This document shows positions 25,159 through 38,025 of a DNA stretch of 64,000 nucleotides, in pieces. Within the stretch, counting starts at the first letter, position 1, and each line of letters begins with the position of its first letter. Under the pieces are notes generated by a model that was not told where the DNA came from, ran no database searches, and worked only from the letters and a program-made list of their open reading frames with translations. Location of the stretch: contig NC_083277.1 in the NCBI RefSeq assembly GCF_963506605.1, positions 54,064,001 to 54,128,000 of the forward strand. The letters are read 5' to 3'. The stretch comes from Zootoca vivipara (Eukaryota). The translations under genes and the position numbers were made by a program.

Positions 25159-26379
25159 TATACTTTTATCTTGCTTTAGTCCTGTTTGAAGACTGTAGGA
25201 ATCCGGAATTTTAGTAGTCTAAAGCAAGTCAGCAATTTCAGTAATTGCCACACCTATATATGTCTCTTGCTTTAAACTTAAGTTTCGCATTTCCAAATGA
25301 AAGAGCTGAAAGAATCTGATGTTGAAAGTCATTATTGTGCACCTTACACCATCAAAATGCAGAACTCTGAATGCCCAGAGCAAATTGAATGATTAAGTCA
25401 AGTTGTCAGGCAGTTAATAGCACTGTGTGTGTAAGATATAATTGTGTTCAGCGCGTTCCACTAATACAGCTTTCAGCAGTGTTCAGCTCTGAAGCATTTT
25501 TGACAAAGCTAGGTGTGATTTTTAACTATGTTGCCTAAAATATAGGTGTTAAAATCACCTACTACAACATTGTGCTAAATGAGCCAACTATTGCCCCAAT
25601 TACATATGCAGAAGATCTATTGTGTCTGTTAAAGGCTTGCCAGCTTTCTTCAGCTTAGGATAAGCTTATCCCACATGTCCCAATGGCATGCTTGGAGCTC
25701 TGCCATTGGCACAAAGGGAGCCTTGCTCGCACAGGAGCTCCAAGCAGAATGGATATGACAAATCCCTTACTATTTTCTTCAAGGAAAGCAAAGACTCCAC
25801 ATGTATTCATTTTGTGCTAGTAAAATACTCACCTGAAGAATGGAAATATTCTGTAAGCTAGGGATTGGTGCTCTGAATATTGTTGGCCTCAAACTCTCCA
25901 TCAGCGCCCCCAGCCAGCATGGCCAGTGCTCAGGAATGATGCACACTGCAGGTCAGCAATCCCTGGAGGGCTCAGGGTTAGCCCCCCCTGTTTTTTTAGG
26001 GGTTCTGCATGCATATTGGAACAATTAAATGATGACTATCTGATTATGATGAGCAATTTGGTGCAGATCTAAATAATTATTTGATTGTATCAAAGGCAGA
26101 AGTAGATAGGACCCAGCAAGACTACCTCTTCTCTGAATATCAAGGTTAAGTGCTGGTACATCTGAGAATAGGGAACTTGTAGCTGTACATATGCTGGTAG
26201 AATCCAGCTCCTGTCAGCCCCAAACAGCATGACTAATTGATAGGGGTGACAGAATTTAGAGGCCAGTGACATCTGGAGGTCACAGGTTCCTCATGCCTGT
26301 GAAGATTATCAGAATAGCTGAATGTAGCCTTAAATGCTGTTTTTAGGTGAAAATGAGGAAATGCAACATTTCCAAAATG

Positions 26380-27134
26380 GTTGTTGTTGGCATCTGTCTA
26401 TATCGAGAAGCAATGGAATGCACCTCCGGGGTGAAGTAAAACCGCTGCGTTAGCAGCACCGAAGTGACCTCCCCAGGGCTCAAGCCTGGGCAGTGTGTAT
26501 GGTGGTCCTGGGCTGCTCAGACAACAAGACCCCCCTCTTGGCCTCGCTGACGTGGTCCAAAGGGAAGCAGAGCAATGTTCGGTGCCAGCATGGCTGCAGG
26601 AGTTGCCAGAAAGAGACATACGAGGAACCATCCAACAGTCTTAGGGACTCCCTCCAGATTTGTGTAGGGTTTACTCCTAAGCTTTTTCATCTCCTGGAGA
26701 TATCCCACAAGGCAGCAGAGGTTTAGAATCAGAGTTTTCCTTCTCATAGATGTTTTGCCTTCCCAGGTTGACAAGCTCCATCTGCCTCTCACTTCCCTCT
26801 ACAGCATGTGTGGAAACTGCCTTCTTGACCGCTCATCCGCTCTATCCGCTGGAGCCTGTCTTTGCATGCAAAGGAATTCCCTAACTCACTAAGGGTTTGA
26901 CACCCATCAGCTACCCTCATCTGGTTTAGCCAGCCAGTCAAAGTCATTTATTGGGGTGTGGCCGCTGTCGCATGCTGAGAGTTTCTAGGAGCCACAGGTG
27001 AGAGTTGAGTGCAGGATGGGGACCAAAGGTGGACCAACTGCCCCAGAAGGAGCACGATGTGTGCAGCAGTTTGACTTCACCCCAGAGACACATTCCATTG
27101 TCTGCCATGACAGACATATGCCAACAACAACAAC
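26380..27134 (-). mobile_element. Non-autonomous RTE-derived element bounded by inverted RTE 3' tails
   Basis: GTTGTTGTTGGCATCTGTCT...CAATGGAA at 26380-26418 is the reverse complement of the RTE tail also seen at 27093-27134 and 63451-63485. Confidence 0.55.
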
Positions 27135-27393
27135 ATCTCTGCTTGCAACGGCACATCATTTTGCATGCTGTTGCTCACAGAGCCATCTCCACTTCCACTC
27201 TTAATGCACATGACTGGGGTTGTGCTTTCCATCCATGGAGGGTTGGCCAAGGGTGTCTGTGGCCTTCCCAGCCTTAGAGGGTCTCTGGACTCCTTTGGTG
27301 ACTTGCACAAGAAAATACCCCTCTCATGAAATGTATGCCACTTAATATGCAAACTAACCTACATTCACTATGGGTCATTTTCTCATTCTGTAG

Positions 27394-27607
27394 ACAACTG
27401 GCCCTGAAGGCACTGAATGAGCGGTTGAAGCATGTAGAAGATCAGTCATCATGGCCCAGCATGGAGGATGAAGAAGAAGAAGAAGAAAACATCAAGGCTG
27501 ATACTCCATTGCTCCCCGAGAAGAGCCGGGACTCTGTCACTGCAGGGAAAGCAGGCAGCCAGGAGTCCAGCCTCATTACCTTTGAGGATGCTCCCTCTCA
27601 GTTGTGA
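27394..27607 (+). CDS. TMEM115: Transmembrane protein 115, coding exon 2
   Basis: tag|A; RQLALKALNERLKHVEDQSSWPSMEDEEEEE...ESSLITFEDAPSQL*; joined CDS 1068 nt = 355 aa. Confidence 0.95.
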
Positions 27608-29017
27608 CCATGAGGCACCTGCCCTCCTCTTCTACGTGTCCCTGTGTGCCAGAGCTGCTAATGATCCTTCACATGCCCTTCCTCACAGTGCTGCCTGTTC
27701 TGCAGGAAGCAAAACACTGTGCCTGCTGGCCCTGAGGGAGACCACATGTCCCTTCCAACATTTATCCGCCACACTTGGCTGATGCCAAGTCCCAGGACTC
27801 ATGGTGAAAACTGTTTGCACAGATCTGGGATTTGGGTTGTTGTCATCAGAGGGATGCCTGGAATTGAGAATTTCTCAGAATTGGCAGGCCAGAGGGAGAG
27901 CTGCATCTCTTCAGCCCAATAAGGAGCGTTCATCTGAATAAAGCAACCTGCAAAATCTCCAACAAGTAGCTGCCATTGTGGCTATTATCACATGTATGTG
28001 TGTGCGTGTTTAGCTCCTTCTGGCTGGCAGTTCCAGTCAACCTGTGGGGGGGCCCTGGCTTGCCCAGCCTGGCTCCTGTTTTTGAGCTGTAACTGCTAGG
28101 CCACTGTATAAGCCCACCAGGGCATCCCAGAGCAAGCTCAGCAAGCAACACAGCACTTTCCCTCTTGATTTTATTTTACCTTGGCAGCATTGGTTGTCAA
28201 AACAATTCTGCAACCCCCCCTTTTCCTTTCAGAGTTGGCTTTGTTGTTGATTAAACGAGCAAGCACTTTAAACAAATGCTTTGCTGTATTAACCCTCCCT
28301 CCTTACAGATTTGGTAGCCCTGGGGAGCTCTGCCAAAACAAGTTGCTGGGTTAGGCATTCGCAGAACCAGCAGCTTAAAGCCTTTTTAATAACAGCATAG
28401 CCACTCGGTCCACCTCTTGAATTCTTGACAGTGATGGCTTTAGGGATAAAGAGCAGGTTGCTACTAGTATGTGGACTACCTTGTGGAAAAGCATTATCTC
28501 AGATTTTCCACAGGACTCGTAGGGAATTAATTTCATTTCTGTTCTTTAGCCTTTGGTGGTTCTTCATTTTCCTTTTGCGGTGATTCAAATGACAAAGCTG
28601 CTTTGTCTTAGGTGGGGTGCCCATACATTCACAGGGTGTTGAAATGAACTCCTTGCTACAGTAGAATATATCTTGCTGGTTCTGTATTATTTTTAAAGGT
28701 GCTTTTTGTGGGACCCTTAACATTTCTTCTGATGCCTGCTTTTTCTCTTTGGTTAGATCTTTATTAGCCTCTTCCTCTCCTCTGGGATGAGATGCTTTTT
28801 CTTCCCTTTCTTTTTTTGTGGGTTGGCAAGGCCTAAGATGTTTTGCCTTGACACCCAACCCCAAAGTATCCCAAAGGGTACAACTCACCCAGCTGGAGGA
28901 CTGGGTGAGGGGACACTTAGCAGAACAGGAAGAGAGTGTGAGACAATGTTGTGATAATTTTTTTAAAGGACCACATGAGGTTTTGTCAACCAGGTAATGA
29001 AACACAATTTCAGTATC

Positions 29018-29023
29018 AATAAA
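29018..29023 (+). terminator. TMEM115: Candidate TMEM115 poly(A) signal AATAAA
   Basis: AATAAA followed by GT-rich TGTTTCTTGATTGGCTTTGT; a proximal AATAAA also lies at 27937-27942. Confidence 0.4.
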
Positions 29024-30261
29024 CAGTTCTTTTGAAGAATGTTTCTTGATTGGCTTTGTAAAATATGACCATGTAAGCCTCCTAGTTGGAGTCCCAAGCT
29101 TCCAAATGTTGGGGTCTTGTCTTCTTTTGTGGGCTCACTCAAGACAGCTTTACAGCTGAAGAACACAGACACAAGGCTGAAAAGGCTTTCAAGCAATTTA
29201 GGGAAGAGATTAGCTTTACTGGCATAAAAGACTGAAGGACAGTCACTTCACTTCTGAAGGCTTGACTTTTGACATCTTTTCAGGTAACTTCTAAGTCTTC
29301 TTATATTTCTATCCTGCTTTTATCTAGGGTGTTGTTGTTTTCCTCGCCCCTTTTCACCCCTGCAGCATCCGTGTAAGGTACCACTATGCAGTAATGGGTG
29401 GCCCAGGTTTGCCCAGGGAGCTTCAAGTGACAGACTGGGGATTTCAGGCCTGATGTCTGCAAAACTCTTTTAACTGAGTACTTACACCTGCTCAGAAGGC
29501 ACCTGTACTAAGAGCTGCTTCACACAATATGAATTTCCTTTACCAAAAGGAAATCTCACCTGGCAAGTTGCTGTGAAAGGCAGTTGTATACTTTTTTCGT
29601 GTGTTGCTTTGGTAGATTAATAAAAAGACGAAAAATATAATTTTATCGCCACACATTTGGAATACAGGCAGCAACCATTTTAGGCACATCCAATATGTGC
29701 GCGACCGTGCCAAACCCAGAAGTGACGCGAAAACATCACAAAGAGGGGCAGGAGTGGAACAGGGTGTTTGGAGGCTTTTCAATGGTGTTTCAAATTTACG
29801 CGATTTTGCCTTGCAATGTAACCCCCATGTAAATTGGGAGTTACCTGTACTTTCTCATTTCATCCCTTCTTTCACTCACTGTTTTCTACAAGGAAGCATT
29901 TACATGTAGGAAATTCATCTTGTGTGAAGTTAACAGTACTAAACGTGATGCTCATTAAGAAGTAGTGATTGTTGAGGGGCTTGATGGGGTCAATTTTATA
30001 ATTTTTCAAGAAGACGTAACTGACTTCCTTAGGTAGGTACATCCTATAATATCTAATACTAATGCAGCTGTCTGAGTTCTAAGCCATTGTAATCTCTTTC
30101 TAGGGTGCAGGCGGGGGGCGTTGATGAGACGCATAAGAAATACAGTGTTTCAATACGCTTAGGCCAGGTTCTGATTCTGTCACAGAATAAGATTTTTGTA
30201 CAGTACTAAATCTCAGAAAGATGCTGGGCCTCACTCGGTTTTGATAGGAAATGTATTGGAA

Positions 30262-30465
30262 TAGCTCAGTCAGTATAGCATGAGACTCTTAATCTCAGGG
30301 TTGTGGGTTTGAGCTCCACATTGGGCGAAAGATTCCTGCATTGCAGGGGTTGGACTAAATGACCCTCTGAGTGGCTGGAGAAACCCAGCCAGATGGGCGG
30401 GGTATAAATAATAAATTATTATTATTATTATAATGGTCCCTTCCAACTCTACAATTTTTTTATGA
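30262..30465 (+). mobile_element. tRNA-Lys(CTT)-derived SINE with CR1-type tail, interrupted by an L2-like 3' fragment (30368-30433)
   Basis: TAGCTCAGTCAGTATAGCATGAGACTCTTAATCTCAGGGTTGTGGGTTTGAGCTCCACATTGGGCG then GATTCCTGCATTGCAGGGGTTGGACT...GGTCCCTTCCAACTCTAC. Confidence 0.75.
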
Positions 30466-31297
30466 CTATTATTCTACTGGGTGCTTCACAACACCACCCT
30501 GATTGTCCCAACTTTAAGCCTTGTACCATAAATGTTGGTCATAACTTGCAAACAACCATGATTTGTAATTTCCAAATCCTGTGTCTCATCCTGGAACAAG
30601 GATACAATACCAGGGACCTGTGCCAACAGACGGCATTAACAGTAGCCACTGTTGCACTGAAGCTGATTGATAGCTGGCTACTAGAGACACAGCACTAACA
30701 AAGGTTCTAAGGAATCCTTACTTAAATTCATACCCTTGCATTCAGTATGTGGGAAGGTTTTATGGCCTGTGGGTGGGTTGTTGTTGTTATTTATATACTG
30801 CCCTATACCTGGAGATCTCATTCCTGTTAGGGAGATGTTTTGTATTGGGCGACATTCTAGTACAGCAGAGGATAATGAATGCAGCATCCTGGGGTGTATG
30901 TGGAAGGTCTTCTGTGGACTCAGCAAAGGTTTCAGGAAAGGAATCCCATAGGGATAACCTGCAGTCCTTATATTCTGGGTCTTTCTTACTTAGGAAGTAA
31001 AAGGCATTTTCCATTTTTTAAAAAAAGGAAGATTGCAGGCTGTCAAAAGCCAGTACAATCAAAGTAAGCAATGTGGGGCTAGATGACCCAGTAAGGCCAG
31101 TTGGATGCTTCAGTGATGTGTGCTAGCCAGGTGCCATGGTGTAGTACTAAGTCATTCTTCTGAAGAGCATACTGGGCCCTTGCAAGATAGGTAGAGCACT
31201 GGTCTAAATCCCAAATGATGCATGTCAATCACAGCTACATAGAGCTAGTTCCTATAGGATCCTTCTTTATAACTTTTTTCTCATTTTCTGTTTAAGA

Positions 31298-31433
31298 CAG
31301 GCATCCCCAAACTTCGGCCCTCCAGATGTTTTGGACTACAATTCCCATCTTCCCCGACCACTGGTCCTGTTAGCTAGGGATCATGGGAGTTGTAGGCCAA
31401 AACATCTGGAGGGCCGCAGTTTGGGGATGCCTG
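31298..31433. mobile_element. Palindromic hAT MITE, copy 3
   Basis: Perfect TSD GTTTAAGA. Confidence 0.92.
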
Positions 31434-32182
31434 GTTTAAGAGAAATATTGCTGATGCGAAATATCCACCTATAAATGCTCACTATCAGGAGAGGTATACA
31501 ATAGTTGGAAGTTTTCCTAAAACTGTTGCAACAGGGGAGTCAAATGTACCACTTCTCTCTACAGCCGTACAATCCTGCTTTGTAGGTGGAATTTAACTTT
31601 ATACCCATTCATAATATTTGGTCCTATAGAAATTTATGGGAGACTTATGAACTGCTGGTACTGCATCAGCTTTAGGTGTCACTTTAGATGTCATTGTATC
31701 CTTTTTGGCTGCCAAGACATGCTGTCTAAAATCACAGGAGGGAAGCACTAAGTTCACTAGGCCTTGTTAGTTTCATAACTAAATTTCTGGGCTGCTGTGA
31801 AAGAATTTTTGGCACCAACAGGTATTTTCAAGCTGCCCGTTGACTCCTTGCAGTTTACTTCACCCCGGAACAGGGAGCTTTACTATTAGCACAGTATTAA
31901 AGGAGCAGCTGCAGAATCACTCTGGATTCGATTATGCTTTCAAATAGCAATTAGGCTCTACTTGTTGTTTTACTATCATCCTTCAGCCACATTACACTTA
32001 GGAAACACACTGGTGCACCCTGAAGGCATTGGAGAATTTTGCCAACACCAGAGGCTTCCCAGAACAGCTCTTTTCTACCCAGGGGCAGAAATAATTGTTA
32101 AATCTCTGCTATCCCTTACTGTTGTAGTGCCACCTATTGGTAATAATCAGTATGACAATTACTGGTAACTCGGTGAACACAT

Positions 32183-32630
32183 TCATAGAATCATAAGAGT
32201 TGGATGGAGTCTTGTAGGCCATCTAGGCCAATCCCTGCTCAGCATCGGAAATCCTGAGCTACACCATCCATAAGATGATTGCCCAGCCTTTGCCTGAAGA
32301 CTTCCAATGAGGAAGAGCCCATCAACCTCAGCAACTGATTTCACTGTCATTAAAACGGCTTTTCTAACATTCAGCTGCAATAAGCCCCCCCCCCCCACTT
32401 ATTAGATCTAGTCCTGTCCTCTGGGATTGCAGGGAACAATCTGTGTAACTGACCTTTGGGTATTTGAAAAGTGCTATCATTAAATATGCCAGTTCTTTCA
32501 AGCCTTCTTCATTAGACTGGCTTTCCACCCCACTAGCTATCTTTGGTGTCTTCTTCTGAACCGGTTCCGATTTGCCTATGCAGCACCCAGAACTGCAGAA
32601 AGTACTTTAGATGAGGTCTGACTAGGGCAG
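32183..32630 (-). mobile_element. CR1 LINE 3' fragment
   Basis: Starts TCATAGAATCATAAGAGTTGG (reverse of CR1 (ATTCTATG)n tail); degenerate ORF2 C-terminal sequence follows. Confidence 0.6.
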
Positions 32631-32795
32631 AATAAAATTGTAATTAACAGATGTGATGCCAGCAAGAAAGAGCAATGTTATCTGCAGATACCAGGTATCT
32701 CGTGAATTCTGCTTGAGCATATATTGTCTTAGTGGATCAGAAGGGAGCAAAAACAAAAAGGCAACATGCCAGAGCCACTACAGGTGTTCAAAAGC

Positions 32796-32801
32796 TTTAT
32801 T
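32796..32801 (-). terminator. CYB561D2: Candidate CYB561D2 poly(A) signal (AATAAA on minus strand)
   Basis: TTTATT at the end of a ~3.1-kb TE-poor stretch downstream of the CYB561D2 stop. Confidence 0.45.
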
Positions 32802-35800
32802 TAATAGAGCACTCTTGATTACCTTTCTTTGATCAAGCTCATTGATGGGTACACCTGCCTGGCAGATATACTCGTCACAAACAGTCCAGTGCAAACAACG
32901 ATCTTTGTTGGTGCTGTTTCAGATTTGGCAGACCGCTTGGTGTCAGCAAGTAACAGCAATATATATTTCAGCCAAATCAATCCATGTAACTGGTGAAAAT
33001 GAAGCAGTCCTGCTGACATAATGCCTGTCGCAGTTGTCATTGAAAGGACTGGTATCACATAGACACAAGAAAAGGTGGGGACCATGGGCTCCATAGAAAA
33101 GATAACCAGGTACTCTAGTCCATAAAAATGTAGCATTTTTACATAATACATTATGGCAAACTCTTATGTTGAAGTAAATGATGCTGCACAGGACATCTAA
33201 GGTACATACCACTAGAAGCTGAAAACGATGGGACTTTAATTAGTCACATTCTTTCATAGGTTACAAAGAGATACAGTCATGATTAACTTCATCTAGGTCA
33301 GAGCCCGGGTCTTATCTCCTTGCAACCATGGTGCTTTTTCCAATCCCATTAAACAAGGGGCTCAGCTTTGCCCATTTTCTTGTTCTTTGCTAAGGCAGTC
33401 GTTCTCTCTTCTTCCTAGACAGCAAAACAAAGACTCTTTTCCTTGAATTAGTCCCACAGCTGGTGGGAACCTTTGTGTGCACTTTGGCTGAACCCACTTT
33501 AACATGCTGCAAGCAAATCAAATCTGGAAGTCAGCTGTTAGCTAATGTTAAAAAAGCAACTGGGTTTTATCCTTGCCTTGGAACTGCAAGAGATTAAGTA
33601 CCATCAGCCCCAAAGCATCTAGAAGCTTTTCTGAGTGCCTCAATATTCCAGTGTAGAAAACATTTCCACGCAGAGATTGTACGCAGAACAACACAAGTGT
33701 TGATGACACGTTACATTTCTGCAGAACTTGTCATGTATCAGCAAACAGTGCCAAGTCTGAAAAAAGAAGAGCGCTTATCTGTATTTCAGTGCTCTGCTTC
33801 CATGTTCCTGTTCGCAGGATCATCTCTGTTAAATAGTGTGACTCATGAGAAATCAAATGCTAGTAGTTTCGGTCTAAAAGCTACAAAAGAAGACAGCCAT
33901 GCAGATGCTATTCTAACCTCTGTGGTTGGATCAGTGGGAAACCTTTGGACATCAGAGCCCCCTTTTGCTTACCTATCCATAAAATGAAGCTACTATTCAT
34001 CTACCATAACGTAAGAGTGAATGGAAATTCTGTACACCTAGAAGGGAAAGGACTGAGCAGGTTTCTTCTCCACCTTGAGAAGGCATAAATACATTTGCCA
34101 GGCTGTAACGTCCCTCTATCAGGAATAGTTTCAGGTAATCATGTGGTCTTGCGGTATACCATTCCAGGTATAGGACAGAAGATTATGAGAACCTATACCA
34201 CTAGGCCAGAAGTTCAAAGAGAAATCCCTAAGCTTACATAGCATTGTGCTTTTGTCCGTGAAGCTTTCCCATGAACAGTGCATGTGTCAACCTGAAAAGA
34301 GGAACCCAGAAGTTTAAAGAAGTGTAAAGAAGGGAACAGAGACTCTGCTATACCCTATTCTTGAAAGCCTTTCTCAAGTTCAGCGTGCCATATGCTCATG
34401 TAACTTTTCCCTGCCTTACACTGTTTCCACCAGGGAAGAGGAGGAGAATCCATCACTGTGCTGCCCCTCTTCTTCCTGGTCCTCAATGTTTGCCTGTTAT
34501 TCTCTAGGCAGCAGTTGCTTTCAAGATGGCTGCTGTTATAGCAGCTGACCAAAGAAAGGGCCACAGTGACTACTGAGGGTCAGAGTAGCAATAGAAGAGA
34601 GGACACAGTGGCAATTTCTTCCTTTTTCCCTACTTCCACACAAACACAAGGCACGCACAGGTAAACAAGCATGCAAAGCAGTCCAGAGTAGCAGGGGACT
34701 GAGCCACATTGAACTGAGTGGTGCAGACATGGAATGACAGGACTTCTAAGAGTAAAAAAAACACAGGAGAGAAGGTGGGGTAGTGAAGGAGGAGTTGCAG
34801 CCCTCAGAATATTGTAACAGTGGAAGGAAATGGCAAGTATATCCTAATGTTTGTCTAGATCTAAGACAGGTTGTACAATATGCTCTACATGTCAATCACC
34901 ATCTCTTCACATCAAATTGTCACTGGAAAACGCCAATGGCTAATTGATCCACATCTGAGCCACTTCACAATTTCAGGAAGTGAAGTTGCTTAGCCAGTCT
35001 AACACATACAGTTGATCAGGTTTGGTTTTTAAACTGTTTGTGTAAATCCCCCTGAGAGCTTCAGCTACAAGGCTATGAACAGATAAAGCAGCCGTAGTAA
35101 TAATACACACTTACATGCTAATATGCACTTTGAAATCCTGCTGGGGAGAAAACGCTAGACAGGGGTGGTCTGGTGTTCTTGAGCATTAAAAAATGAGACG
35201 TGTTAGGCCCTCTATCCTCCCCTGCCACTTTCTGATTGTAGAGTCTCCATACAAGGCAGCTTTGTTTTTAAAGCACGTAATATGTTTAGACCCTGCCTAG
35301 CTCACATTACCTTGTCATTTCTAATACAGCTTAGAGCACTGCACAGTCAGGACAGATTTTTTTTAGACAGAAACTCAGGCTTTTAAAACTGTGTAAGAGA
35401 GAGATCAGCCCTTCCCTTATTCAGAGTGTTAAAAGGTTCTATTTGATACCCAAACCAAGACATCTGAACCCCAAACAGTTTACCAAGAGAAAGGATATTA
35501 AAACAGCCGAGGTGTGTGTGTCTGTATGCAAGAAGGATTTCAGCAGCTACCTGAATCAAGAACGACCTAAGCAATACTTGGGTGTTCTTTCACAGGGAGG
35601 CACCAGCAGAGTGCAACTGGGCTACTTACTCAGCACTGGCCATATTTCCAGAGGTATTTTGACAGAGAAGAGAAAAATGCTACATGGACACTCTGGCACC
35701 AAAAGGAAGCTGGTTCAATAGGATGGGCATCTCCGGGATTTTAACAGGGAAAAGTCAGAAATTACATAAAATACCATATGGTGCTATAGGCAAGTAGAAA

Positions 35801-35901
35801 GAGATTCTTCAGTCCCACTGCCTTGTAAGCCCACCTGACTCCTTACTGACAATGCAGGAATTCTTCAGAGATCCCACAAGCTGTCTGTTTCAGGATGGCT
35901 T

Positions 35902-36405
35902 TCAAGGCTGGATTCTTTTGCGATAGAGGTAGGCATTGCTCACTTGGTTCATGATAACCAGGCTGGTGAGGATAGGACACAGCATGGACAGATACCAGGA
36001 GACTCCAGTTACAGTTATGGTAAACCACAAGGAACACATACCCAGCATCAAACTGGCACAGCCAAGAATGTAACCGATCAGCCCTGATGTGGCGTGGTAA
36101 AGCTTGAGTTTGCTCAGTGTCCAGTTCTTCATCAGCTTGGGGTAGAGCAGAGCAAGGCCCCCCATGCACTGCATGCTAGCATACAGCACAGTCATCAAGC
36201 CAGTCAAACCGTGCCAGGTGACAAAATGGTCTTTCCCCTTGAGGTACTTGTTATAGCTGATGATGGCCAAGCCCAACACTGCACAGATGAGTGAGAGCAA
36301 CTGTAAAGCCCAATGGAAGCGGACCTTGGCCTTCCGGGAGAAGGACTGGAGGAGGGAGCTCTCTGGAGAGAAAGTCAGCAGGGCTTCTGTCATCAGGAAA
36401 GAAAA
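35902..36405 (-). CDS. CYB561D2: Cytochrome b561 family member D2, last coding exon
   Basis: ctctag|[19 protein letters not shown]...RFHWALQ...HFVTWHG...KLYHATSG...[14 protein letters not shown]; heme-ligand histidines present. Confidence 0.96.
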   Translation of the reverse strand, partial: FSFLMTEALLTFSPESSLLQSFSRKAKVRFHWALQLLSLICAVLGLAIISYNKYLKGKDHFVTWHGLTGLMTVLYASMQCMGGLALLYPKLMKNWTLSKLKLYHATSGLIGYILGCASLMLGMCSLWFTITVTGVSWYLSMLCPILTSLVIMNQVSNAYLYRKRIQP

Positions 36406-36620
36406 CTAGAGAGGCGAAAGAAGACAATATCACCATGGTTTGTTACATTACATTTAGCCAATGCTAAAATTGCACTCGTTCCCAGCTTAACAACAAGAAC
36501 AAAAGCTTCCTTGCTTTCCCCCAGCATTTAACTTTGTGTAATAACTTGGGAATTCCTGTCAAATACTGGAGAAGAAATTGTTCTGTCATGGAAATACTTA
36601 TCTCTTTTCTAAAGAAGGTT

Positions 36621-36622
<2 letters not shown>

Positions 36623-36655
<33 letters not shown>
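36623..36655. repeat. (AAT)n microsatellite (tail of L2-like fragment)
   Basis: About 11 AAT units followed by CCTGCCCATCTGGCTGG. Confidence 0.85.
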
Positions 36656-36657
<2 letters not shown>

Positions 36658-36996
36658 CTGCCCATCTGGCTGGTACAAATTTTATAGTGATCCTCATCAG
36701 CAAAGGAGAAGATAAAAGCTTTGTGAGCTGCACATAGAGAAGGAAGGGATAATTATCTCGTATTTTAATCCTAGCCACCAGGAGGAAATTCTGGATTCCA
36801 ACAGGCAGGAGCATCTGCATCACCTCTGCCTTTTCCAATTCCTTAGCACAGAATTTCCATCTTACTCCACAATAAGCTGCCTCCAGCCTTTTCTCAGACT
36901 ATTCGGTCCACTAAACAAATCCCGATATAGATAAGGATAAGGTTATAATTAGTTATTTAGGAAGATGGTTGTAAAGAATGCCTGTGGCTGGCTTAC

Positions 36997-37034
36997 CGCA
37001 AGAGACATTAAGAAAGGATGCCAGGAGAACAAGC
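36997..37034 (-). CDS. CYB561D2: CYB561D2, middle coding exon
   Basis: ttccag|GC LFSWHPFLMSLA|gtaagc; carries the first heme His (WHP). Confidence 0.93.
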
Positions 37035-37889
37035 CTGGAAAGAAACAAAAGCAAGGTGAGTCCCTGTAGACAATCAGTTAACATACAGCTGAAAATGTGC
37101 TACCTGCTCTGGAAATAGGATACATCCATTTAAATCCTAGAATTAATCCAATTATGTGGAAATGCTAAGTGTACTAGTATCATTGTTGCTGGAGAGAAGC
37201 TGCCACATATTTTTGTATACTGTGTACTTCAGTTTGGATCCCTTTGTCATTCCTTCTCACGTGAGGTTGAGGGAGGCACAAAACTTCCCCCAAAACAGAC
37301 ATAACAAAATGACTTCAAAATCAAAAGCGCTGAAAGAAATGCAGTACAGCACTCCAAACACATTGTGGAATTGCATATAAATTCTGGAAAGGTTGCCATT
37401 TACTTTGTAGTAGGATAAAGATAAACAAGCAATGTGGCACCTTAAAGATGGAACACATTTGCCTTGGTATAAAATTTGTGGGCACAAGTACATGAAACCT
37501 TATGTTACACCAAACTGTGGGTTGTAGGTGCTACAGGGATTATTGTTTTTATATCCCTCTAAAAAAAATTGAATATTTTGAACAATGTGGTGTGTTGTTC
37601 TGATCTGCAGCCCAAAGGAGGGCCAGTGGGAGTGGTCTGGTGCAGAGATACCAAAAGAGAAAATCAAAGACACCAGAATGGCCAGTTCTAGTCCTTTATT
37701 AAAGAAAGATATAAACTTACAGCACAGCCTGCAAAGCCCCACTGCCATTACAGACATGGTGGAAGCAATCATGACTTGTCCACAAAGTGCTAATATGTTA
37801 AGCATTACTTATACAAAATACGGCATACTTTTGTTTGATCAGAACTTCTCATCAATCCATCTGAGGGCACAGCTGGAAACTATCTAAGG

Positions 37890-38025
37890 CAGGCTTCCTC
37901 AAACTCGGCCCTCCATATGTTTTGAGACTACAATTCCTATCATTCCTGACCACTGGTCCTCCTAGCTAGGGATCATGGGAGTTGTAGGCCAAAAACATCT
38001 GGAGGGCCGAGTTTGAGGAAGCCTG
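37890..38025. mobile_element. Palindromic hAT MITE, copy 4 (TIR variant CAGGCTTCCTCAAAC)
   Basis: Perfect TSD ATCTAAGG. Confidence 0.92.

Noticed and set aside
28499-29005. 168-aa minus-strand Lys/Glu-rich ORF
   Set aside because: Antisense reading of the T-rich TMEM115 3' UTR.
29690-29850. CpG-containing segment resembling a Tc1/pogo MITE end
   Set aside because: Only one terminus (GAGTTACCTG-TA) is visible, so boundaries cannot be supported.
30262-30327. tRNA-Lys(CTT) gene
   Set aside because: 5' acceptor strand missing, D- and T-arm substitutions, and it continues into a SINE body; it is a SINE head.
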